15,097 bases of DNA, taken from positions 1 to 15,097 of the forward strand of contig NW_021825525.1 of assembly GCF_006345805.1 (NCBI RefSeq). The letters run 5' to 3'. The translations under genes were made by a program, and so were the position numbers. This DNA is from Octopus sinensis (Eukaryota). Within the stretch, counting starts at the first letter, position 1. Each line of letters begins with the position of its first letter. The notes under the pieces are model-generated. The model saw only the letters and a list, made by a program, of their open reading frames with translations. It did not search any database and was not told the origin of the DNA. Shown here in pieces: positions 1 to 8,030 of the stretch.

Positions 1-11
1 AAAAACGCACA

Positions 12-390
12 ACTGATACATTATAATTTACACATTCCTAGCAATTTTTTTTGTTATAGGCTCAAGGCTTGAAATTTTAAAGGAGGGCCACAGTTGATTA
101 ACATTCACCTCCAGTACTCGACAGGTGCTTATTGTTATGTAAGACCCTTAGAAAAAAACTTTAAAGAGATTTATTAACGTATCTTACATAGGTAATTGAC
201 CAAGAGACACACTACTGATACACTATAATTTACACATTCTTAGGAATCCCTTCTGTTATAGGCACAAGGCCTGAAATTTTGTGTGGCGGGTGGTTTAGTC
301 AAGTACAATCACCCCAGTGTTCAAATGGTGCTTATTGTTATGTAAGACCCTCAGAAAAATTTAAAGAGATTTATTAACGTATATTACACA
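12..390. repeat. Diverged tandem duplication, ~200-203 bp period (2 copies)
   Basis: ACTGATACA at 12 and 214; GGTGCTTATTGTTATGTAAGACCCT at 124 and 327; TTAAAGAGATTTATTAACGTAT in both copies, which end at ~190 and ~390. Confidence 0.9.
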
Positions 391-792
391 TGTCTCAAAA
401 CAAGAGGATTCGCCCCTATATAGTTTATAGACAGTTCTATGCTCGTTTACAGATAACACCTTCCTTCATAAATGTCTGCCAGTCCCCCTTTCTCTTTCAG
501 GAATCCCCCGCGTATAACCGCGAGACTTACTTGAGTTTGATATTCATTGCATAACATTAATAAGACATAACTCAAATTTAATCAGTGGTACAACACTAAA
601 GAAACGGATAATAAAAAACGATTTTTAGATACAAATCGGTAACTTATTACAATTATCACATTTATTTTATCGATCCCGAAAGCACGAAAAGCAAAGTCGA
701 CCTTGGCGGAACTTAAACTCAGAAGGTACAAACAGACGACATGCTATTAAGCATTTAGTCGTGCATGATAACGATTCTGACAGCCCGACGCC
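256..792 (-). mobile_element. SINE family B, old copy split by a solo LTR (3' part 256-335, 5' part 661-792)
   Basis: 256-335 matches the B 3' end (TAGGCACAAGGCCTGAAATT...GGTGCTTAT). 661-792 matches the B body and head (TATCGATCCCGAAAG...AAAGTCGACCTTGGCGGA...AACGATTCTGACAGC). Compared with copies at 5954-6411. Confidence 0.85.
336..660 (-). mobile_element. Probable solo LTR (325 bp)
   Basis: TGTTAT...ATCACA termini (TG..CA, 5/6 inverted). 5-bp TSD CTTAT/TTTAT with 1 mismatch. Excision restores the SINE B sequence. Minus strand has TATA-like CTATAAACTATATAGGGG (430-413) followed by AATAAA (375-370). Confidence 0.7.
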
Positions 793-1060
793 TTCACACA
801 CATTTCCATCAATAATGATAAAAAATGCAAACCTGTTTTAAACTGATATATGCTTCTGGTTAAAAATAATACTGCACCAAAATGATTTTAAATTCTATTA
901 GAGTTGTGTTCCTTCCTTACACTGTGTGAGACTATTAATTGTTCATGTACATAACGTATGGAAGTTCCCGAGTTAATATAGCGTATATATATCACCACGT
1001 AAACAGTTTTTCATATCAAATTTTCCGTAACACAAAGTTCATATCTCTTCTTTCCACCAC

Positions 1061-1063
<3 letters not shown>

Positions 1064-1091
<28 letters not shown>

Positions 1092-1283
1092 CTCACATAT
1101 TTCTCTGAACTTCTGTTTACTCAGAATACTTTTTATTTGTTTGTCTCATAGTCCGATACTCCGACGATTCGCAAAAATTGAAACGATGTTTTCTTAAGTA
1201 ATTAACCTCCAGCTGAAATAATATATAATCATATATGTCATCGTGTGTATATATATGTATTATTTATATATATATATATATAA

Positions 1284-1336
<53 letters not shown>

Positions 1337-1465
1337 TATATTATACATGTGTGCTTAATAATACGGGAATATATACATGCAGAACACATGTTAAACGTAA
1401 TACGTACAGATATGCAACTGTTCTTATATATGCCTCTGATTGTATACACACAGGTATACACACAT

Positions 1466-1507
<42 letters not shown>

Positions 1508-1518
1508 ACATATATATA
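1064..1518. repeat. (TA)n and (CA)n microsatellite cluster
   Basis: Direct inspection: (TA)n at 1064-1091 and ~1250-1332, (CA)n at ~1458-1510. Confidence 0.95.
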
Positions 1519-2139
1519 AATATAGAAATGAAATTGTGCAGTTATGCAACAGAGACAGGTACACATGAAACTCGATATGAATTCCAGCCTAGACCTGCCA
1601 AAAACCTTGTTTTTATATATTCATTTATTTATTTATGCATTCGTTTATCTTTTTTTTTCTCTCTCTTTATTCTTATATTTACAACAGCGACACGTAGTGC
1701 CATAACTCCTTCAACGTGGCTGAACATTTTTAGCAAACACGTCGATAGGTTACGAGTAATAACTCTAATAAGTTGCACAGTTCTTTGCAATTTATAAGCC
1801 GTGCACATTTGTCGCAAGACAAACAGTTGTTATTCAAACGTACACCCACACAAGAACAGATCAGATCAGAGAAGAGCAGAGCAGAGTAGCAGTTAGCTTG
1901 GTTTTTTTTTTTGGTTTTTTTACTTGTTCTTTTTGGGTTTGTGCTTTTATTTTGTCTCTTTTTTCTTTTCTACCTGGAAATGTTTTATCATTGATATAGT
2001 TGTAACAGCAACAAAAACGATAGCAGCCATTGTGTTGTACGAAGACAGAGATGCTCTTGACAGATGCACAAATAGCATTGGTTTTGCTCACATTGTAACT
2101 GCAAGTGTGTACACACGCGCCACGCCACATCATTTATTG

Positions 2140-2257
2140 TATGTTGTGTGTATGTGTATATATATATATGATATATATATATATATAATATATATATAAA
2201 CAATAATATATATATAATATATAATATTATATATATATATTATATATATATATATCT

Positions 2258-2294
<37 letters not shown>

Positions 2295-2594
2295 GTATAC
2301 ATATACATATATGTATATATACATATGGATAGATAAATAAATACACATATTATGTACATATTATACATTTGTGTGTGCATACTTATATTGTATGTATATT
2401 TATGTATGTATGTATGTATTATATATATAATAACATAGATATGTATGCACACTACACACACAACATGTATAAATATGTATATATATGTGTATCTATATCT
2501 ACCTATCTATCTATCTATCTATCTACCTGTTTATATACATATTAATATATCTATATATATAATATAGCTATATATAATAATATACTATATATAT
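2140..2594. repeat. Degenerate (TA)n/(TATG)n/(TATC)n low-complexity tract
   Basis: Direct inspection. Confidence 0.95.
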
Positions 2595-2595
2595 T

Positions 2596-2713
2596 CCGGA
2601 GTAACCACATAATGTGAAACCAAGGTGAAAAAAGAGTCTCCAATACCAGAGGTTGAGTAATATGCTTTTATTTAAAAGCAACAGAAATTCAAATTTCTGC
2701 TGCTTTTAAATAA
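2596..2713 (-). mobile_element. Short interspersed-repeat fragment (possible Penelope-like pLTR) ending in a 22-bp fold-back
   Basis: Flanked by (TA)n on both sides. Minus-strand AATAAA near 2670. Inverted arms 2668-2689 and 2692-2713 (21/22). The Penelope assignment comes from recalled similarity to octopus repeats and is not verified. Confidence 0.45.
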
Positions 2714-2741
2714 GTATATGTATATATATATATATATATAT

Positions 2742-3089
2742 ATGCCAAAGACTCCAACTTTGCCATCAAAATATAGGACAAGATATTGCAACAGCCTGAG
2801 CTTTAAAGGCTTACAGCTCTTCAATATCCTCCCGAAGGACTTGAGATGGCTACATGTGGTGGATGTAAGTGTCTTCAAAGCGAAATTAGATCTCTTACTG
2901 TCAATTGTCCCAGAGGAACCAACTTCACAGCAGGAAGTGCAAATGAGTGCAGCGGCATCAAACTCCTACATGCACCAAACGTCGATTTCTAAAAAGAAAT
3001 AGTGCAGTAATATAATGTAGGAACACCAAATGGTGGTGCCCCAGCGTGGCCTCAGATCATGAGCTGAAACTAGATCAAATCAAATCAAA
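2742..3089 (+). mobile_element. 5'-truncated CR1-group LINE: ORF2 C-terminus, 3' UTR and (ATCAA)n tail
   Basis: Translation ...NSLSFKGLQLFNILPKDLR...FKAKLDLLLSIVPEEP...AASNS matches the CR1/L2-group ORF2 C-terminal pattern (N.LP...FK..LD..L). Stop at 3000-3002. Short tandem tail at 3074-3089. 5' end abuts (TA)n. Confidence 0.8.
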
Positions 3090-3094
3090 CCATA

Positions 3095-3327
3095 TACTCT
3101 TTTACTCTTTTACTTGTTTCAGTCATTTGACAGCGGCCATGCTGGAGCACCGCCTTTAGTCGAGCAAATCGACCTCAGGACTTATTCTTTGTAAGCCTAG
3201 TACTTATTCTATTCGATTTCTTTTGCCGAACCGCTAAGTTACGGCGACGTAAACACACCAGCCAGCATCGGTTGTCAAGCGATGTTGGAGCGGACAAACA
3301 CAGACACACAAACATGCACTCACACAC

Positions 3328-3418
<91 letters not shown>

Positions 3419-3581
3419 CGACGGGCTTCTCTCAGTTTCCGTCTTCCAAATACACTCACAAGGCTTTGGTCGGCCCGATGCTATAGTAGAAGACACTTGC
3501 CCAAGGTGCTCCGCAGTGGGACTGAACCCGGAACCATGTGGTTGGTAAGCAAGCTACTTATCACACAGCCACTCCTACGCC
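3095..3581 (-). mobile_element. SINE family A, full length (tRNA head, CORE-like segment, internal TA/TG microsatellite, (AAAAGAGT)n tail)
   Basis: Minus strand reads GGCGTAGGAGTGGCTGTG...GGTTCAGTCCC (A/B boxes) and CCTTGGGCAAGTGTCTT. High similarity to the copies at 4590, 10288 and 12553. Confidence 0.95.
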
Positions 3582-3890
3582 TATATATATGTATATATTA
3601 AACGAAGACTGGAATTTGTAGTATTATTTTTAATGTGTGTGTAAATACATGTATGCATATATATATATATATATTTACTTGATTGAGTTTGTTTGAGTTT
3701 AATTTAATTTAATCAGGCTGGTTTACCATTAAAAAATGCCGAAACAATGCATTGTCTAAAGAAGAACAGGGTAAATGTTTTTTTACTTTTTCCTTTGATT
3801 TCGGAATTACTACTATTTGCGGTTGGAGCCCTGGCTGCTATTTCTAGTGGGTTGAACGGCCTATTGTAGCCGTTCCTCAATTGTTGTTGA

Positions 3891-3937
<47 letters not shown>

Positions 3938-4110
3938 TGTATGTATGTATGTATGGATGCATGTATGTATGTATGTATGTATGTATGTATGTATGTATGT
4001 ATGTATGTATGTATGTATGTATGCATGTATGTATGTATTTGTATGCATGTATGTATATGTATTTATACACACACACATACATGCAGACATATATACATAC
4101 ATATATACAT
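3891..4110. repeat. (TA)n plus (TATG)n microsatellite
   Basis: Direct inspection; explains the MYVC/HTYI ORFs. Confidence 0.95.
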
Positions 4111-4517
4111 AGAAACATATGCATGACTTAGCTATGGCGACACTAATAACCGGTTGTTGGAATTCAATAGGCTCATATTTCACATAAACCAGTTCGTCAG
4201 TACAGAGCATAAGGACATAATATTAATTAATAAATGAATGACAAATGAACAAGCGCTACGTAATCACTTTCACTGACTTGCAGCTGTTTCTGCCATAAGG
4301 AACCTTACACCAGAGCTGAGTGTCAGTGTGACATCTTACATATAGCTTCCTCAGAGACACCCACCCAACCATCCATACCCATCCACAAATATGTATCACC
4401 ACTCACATACACACACGCACCCAATAACCCCCCCTCCGCACACACACATATACACACACACATACATATATATAAATATATACACACGCATATATACATA
4501 CATACATATATATATAT

Positions 4518-4578
<61 letters not shown>

Positions 4579-4589
4579 GTGTGTGTATA

Positions 4590-4931
4590 GGCGCAGGAGT
4601 GGCTGTGTGGTAAGTAGCTTGCTTACCAACCACATGGTTCCGGGTTCAGTCCCACTGCGTGGCACCTTGGGAAAGTGTCTTTTACTACAGCCTCAAGCCG
4701 ACCGAAGCCTTGTAAGTGGATTTGGTAGAGGAAACTGAAAGAAGCCCGTCGTATATATGTATATATATATGTGTGTGTATGTATGTTTGTGCGTCTGTGT
4801 TTGTCTCCCAACATCGCTTGACAACCGATGCTGGTGTGTTTACGTCCTCGTAACTTAGCGGTTCGCCAAAAGAGATCGTTAGAATAAGTACTAGGCTTAC
4901 AAAGAGTAAGTCCTGGGGTCGATTTGCTCAA

Positions 4932-4935
<4 letters not shown>
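4590..4935 (+). mobile_element. SINE family A, 3'-truncated copy
   Basis: GGCGCAGGAGTGGCTGTGTGG...GGGTTCAGTCCC head. Ends at GGGGTCGATTTGCTCAACTAA and runs into (TA)n at 4935-4972. Confidence 0.95.
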
Positions 4936-4972
<37 letters not shown>

Positions 4973-4975
<3 letters not shown>

Positions 4976-5545
4976 GAATTACTCTGGAAGTTCACCGAAG
5001 CATATGATACACTTCAACAATACCTCAACATTTTCTAGAATCTCTAGCTTTTGTGTTAGGACTAACGCTGGCCTTACTAAAAACTTTAACAACGTTACTG
5101 CTGTCTGCAAGGGCTGCATCCTGTCAATGCTTCTGTTTCTGTTCATAGTCGACCTTCTAATGAAGAAGATACCAGTGGAAACACCGCAGAACTGCCGCAG
5201 AAGAAAACGGACAAGCATTGTGATATGGCTTTTGCCGATGGCATTGTGCTACTTTCAGAAACAAGAGCTGGCCTGCAAAACTAACTAACAAGATCTAAGA
5301 ACAAACAAGAAAGATCAGGCTCAGAGTAGCTGTGAAGAACTAAGTGGATTCCACTACCCAGTGTTTCTTCGTCTGCAGACAACAAATTGTGGAAGATGTG
5401 AACAATTTCTCTGACCTGGAAAATGTGATCAGTAATGATCGAACCATAGAAATTGATGTAAACCGTGAAATTAAGAAAGCGAGGGTGGTATTCCAGCACC
5501 AAAGTCGGGCAACAACAAGCATCAGTATCGATATGGAGATCCAAC
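4973..5545 (+). mobile_element. Degraded RTE-clade LINE reverse transcriptase fragment
   Basis: Frameshifted translations give AVCKGCILSMLLFLFIVDLLM (GV.QG.ILSP.LF), DMAFADGIVLL (FADD motif) and VEDVNNFSDLENVISND...DVNREIKKARVVF (F.YLG..I...RI.KA..F). Confidence 0.85.
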
Positions 5546-5674
5546 GACCAGCGTTTGATAGTATATGAGACGCACTTTTTTTTTCCAAACAAATGTTCAG
5601 AAGAAAATTGCCCCAGGTTCTATAAACGAAGTTGAGCTTCCTATAAGCTAATTTTGTCCCGATGCTCACCACTA

Positions 5675-5890
5675 CGAGGGCATGCTGAAAATTTCCTGTC
5701 TTTGGGTGACAGAAAATACAGGAGAATAAGTTAATTATGATTTAATTCAGAATATTACCCTCCCAGATCCACACACTTATTGCAGCAGTTCTTCAGGTTT
5801 TCCAAGCCCTGTAAAAAACTCGGATGTTTGGGCCTCCAATCAGACATTTCGCGATACCCTTAAAGCCAGGAACTTTTAAGCACTGCTTCG
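5675..5890. mobile_element. Tc1/mariner-type MITE (216 bp)
   Basis: TA on both sides (5673-74, 5891-92). TIRs CGAGGGCATGCTGAAAATTTCCTGTCTTT and reverse-complement CGAAGCAGTGCTTAAAAGTTCCTGGCTTT (22/29). Confidence 0.8.
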
Positions 5891-5953
5891 TACAAGCAAA
5901 TTTTAATTCAGACGGTCTAGCTTAACTTCATAATAATAATAATAATAATAACA

Positions 5954-6166
5954 ACCCTTTCTACAATAGCCACAAGGCCTGAAATTATGGGGGAGAAGGC
6001 TAGTCGATTACATCGAGCCCATTTCTCAGTTGGTACTTAGTTTATCGATCTCGAAAGGATGAAAGCAAAGTCGACCTTGGCGGAATTTGAACTCTACACG
6101 TAAAGACGGACGAAATGCCGCAAAGCATTTTGCCCGGCGTGCTAACGATTCTGCCAGTTCGTCACC
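5954..6166 (-). mobile_element. SINE family B, full length
   Basis: Minus strand GGTGACGAACTGGCAGAATCGTTAGCACGCCGGGC...GAGTTCAAATTCC (B box)...; flanked by (TAA)n on both sides. Confidence 0.92.
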
Positions 6167-6197
6167 TTCCATAATAATAATAATAATAATAATAATA

Positions 6198-6411
6198 ACC
6201 CTTTCTCCTATAGGCACAATACCTGGAATTTAGGAGAGGGTACTAGTCGAGTACATCGACCCGAATGTTTCACTGGTACTTAATTTATTGACCCCCGAAG
6301 GGATGAAAAGCAAAGTCGACCTCCGCGGAATTTGAACTCAGAACATAGCGGCAGACGAAATACCGCTTATCATTTTGCCCGGCGTGCTAACGTTTCTGCC
6401 AGCTCGCCGCC
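6198..6411 (-). mobile_element. SINE family B, full length, tandem with the previous copy
   Basis: Minus strand GGCGGCGAGCTGGCAGAAACGTTAGCACGCCGGGC...GAGTTCAAATTCCGC; separated from its neighbour by (TAA)n at 6171-6197. Confidence 0.92.
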
Positions 6412-6415
6412 TTTC

Positions 6416-6441
6416 ATAATAATAATATAATAATAATAATA

Positions 6442-6479
<38 letters not shown>

Positions 6480-6524
6480 CGACGACGACGACGACGACGA
6501 TGATGATGATGTGATGATAATAAT
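6416..6524. repeat. Compound trinucleotide microsatellite (AAT)n(GAC)n(GAT)n
   Basis: Direct inspection. Confidence 0.95.
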
Positions 6525-6650
6525 GGAATGATCAAGAAGGGAACCGAAAATTATATGAGAATGATCCCTGGCTTACCATCCCTGTAAGAAGTGCAAAAGA
6601 TTGTCTTAACTGGTACATCACACGTATAGAGAAGAGCATTGTCGATGTTG
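6525..6650 (+). mobile_element. Fragment of an RLE-type non-LTR element (R4/Dong-like ORF C-terminus)
   Basis: Translation GMIKKGTENYMRMIPGLPSL*EVQKIVLTGTSHV*RRALSM matches the (GALG).I.K...QK..L.GT...LR..L C-terminal pattern of R4/Dong elements. Lies directly after a TAA-type tract. Confidence 0.7.
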
Positions 6651-6789
6651 TTAAAATTTATGTAATCAACTGGTTATACTTCAACAAGACACAAAATATT
6701 TTAACAATTTTTTAATACAATTCCAAATAATATTTAAATATGATTTTTAAACACCGAATGGCTAGGATGGTCCATCCGAGTGAAATCGG

Positions 6790-6834
6790 AATCAAACGGT
6801 TCCATAGGCAAAAAATTTTTGCTGAGAAACACTG
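6790..6834. mobile_element. Orphan hAT-like terminal inverted repeat (right end)
   Basis: GGTTCCATAGGCAAAAAATTTTTGCTGAGAAACACTG; its reverse complement starts CAGTGTTTCTCA (Charlie-type TIR). No convincing partner end found. Confidence 0.35.
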
Positions 6835-6929
6835 CTTTAAATGTTACATATTCCAATGCACTAAAAATTGTTTTCCTGAATACACACAGATGAAATTGCA
6901 GTGTTCCTAATACACTCCTGCTATCAATT

Positions 6930-7460
6930 ACCCTATAGAGTACAATAGTTCTATTAATAGTTCCATATAGCAGTGGAGGCGCATGGCTCAATGGTCAGAG
7001 CACCGGGCTCACAATCATGAGATAGTGAGTTCCAATTCTTGGACCGGGCTGTGTGTTGCGCTCTTGAGCAAGACACTTTATTTCACGTTGCTCCAGTTCA
7101 CTCAACTGTAGAAACGAGTTGCGACATCACTACAGCCAAGTTACATCGGCCTTTGCCTTTCTCTTGGATAACTTCGGAGGCGAGGAGAGAGGAAGCTAGT
7201 ATGCATGAGCGACTGATGTTCTTCGTAAAACAACCTTGCCCGGACTTGTGTCTCGGAGGAGAACGTTCTAGGTGCAATACCATGGTCATTCATGACCGAA
7301 GGGAGTCTTTTATAGCAGTGGAACAAAAACGTCAGTGAATGCGGTCAACATGTTGGAGACATTTCACCAACAATGTCTACGAAATATCCTAAAGGTCAGC
7401 TGGTGAAATAGAGTGATGAGGTACTGAGTCGGTCTGGCGTAGCAGACATTTCTTCTTATC
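6930..7460 (+). mobile_element. RTE-clade LINE fragment (post-RT region), interrupted by SINE D
   Basis: Removing SINE D and one TSD gives in-frame L*STIVLLIVPYSSGTKTSVNAVNMLETFHQQCLRNILKVSW*NRV, then EVLSRSG. This matches RTE LY..V...LLYG.ETW...L..FH.RCLR.IL.I.W...EVL.R. Confidence 0.8.
6975..7310 (+). mobile_element. SINE family D (tRNA head, CORE-like segment), full length with TSD
   Basis: GGAGGCGCATGGCTCAATGG (A box 6984-6994), degenerate B box GAGTTCCAATTC, CTTGAGCAAGACACTT...CACTCAACTGTAGAAA. Direct repeat TATAGCAGTGGA at 6966-6977 and 7311-7322. Confidence 0.9.
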
Positions 7461-7493
7461 AGTTACTTGGCGAAAACTGCCATGACTTATAAC

Positions 7494-7882
7494 GATGATG
7501 GAAGCACTCCGTCGGTTACGACGATGAGGATACCGGTTGATACGAATCAACGGAACAGCCTGCTCGTGAAATTAACGTGTAAGTGGCTGAGCACTCCACA
7601 GACACGTGCACCCTTAACGTAGTTCTCGGGGATATTCAGCGTGACACAGAGAGTGACAAGGCCGGCCCCTTGAAATACAGGTACAACAGAAACGGAAGTA
7701 AGGAGTGAGAGAAAGTTGTGGTGAAAGATACAGCAGGGATCACCACCATCCCCTGCCAGAGCCTCGTGGAGCTTTTAGGTGTTTTCGCTCAATAAACACT
7801 CACAACGCCCGGTCTGGGAATCGAAACCGCGATCCTATGACCGCGAGTCCGCTGCCCTAACCACTGGGCCATTGCGCCTCCA
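7494..7882 (-). mobile_element. SINE family C (tRNA-derived), full length, 14-bp TSD, (CAT)n tail
   Basis: Minus strand GGAGGCGCAATGGCCCAGTGG...GGTTTCGATTCCC. Perfect TSD CCATGACTTATAAC at 7480-7493 and 7883-7896. Confidence 0.95.
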
Positions 7883-7988
7883 CCATGACTTATAACACTG
7901 AAAGGGAAAAACAGTGACTGCTGCTGCTACTTAGCTTCAAGGTCAGTTTTAAATGAATTCACCTATGATAAAAGGCCTACTTTGATCA

Positions 7989-8030
7989 TATGATTCAGCC
8001 CTACTTGACCTATGATTCAGCCCTACTTGA
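7989..8030. repeat. 22-bp-period tandem duplication
   Basis: TATGATTCAGCCCTACTTGA at 7989 and 8011; degenerate third unit at ~7964. Confidence 0.85.

Noticed and set aside
1155-1200. Hammerhead-like string CCGACGA...GAAACGATGTT between TA tracts
   Set aside because: The core is mismatched and stems I and II are too weak to distinguish from chance.
1640-1750. Plus-strand pyrimidine tract and ACAG acceptor at 1687
   Set aside because: No strong downstream donor and no recognisable peptide.
2718-3002. 94-aa ORF as a host gene
   Set aside because: The ATGs are created by the TA repeat junction; the peptide is a LINE ORF2 C-terminus.
5549-6932. Possible TIR pair bounding the insertion block (CAGCGTTTGATAG versus ends near 6834 or 6932)
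   Set aside because: Only partial matches and no TSD.
6975-7882. tRNA genes at the SINE C and D heads (also 13799)
   Set aside because: A/B boxes are present, but they continue into SINE bodies with TSDs and lack a complete acceptor stem.
7964-8030. CRISPR-like direct repeats
   Set aside because: Adjacent tandem units without spacers, in a eukaryotic context with no cas genes.
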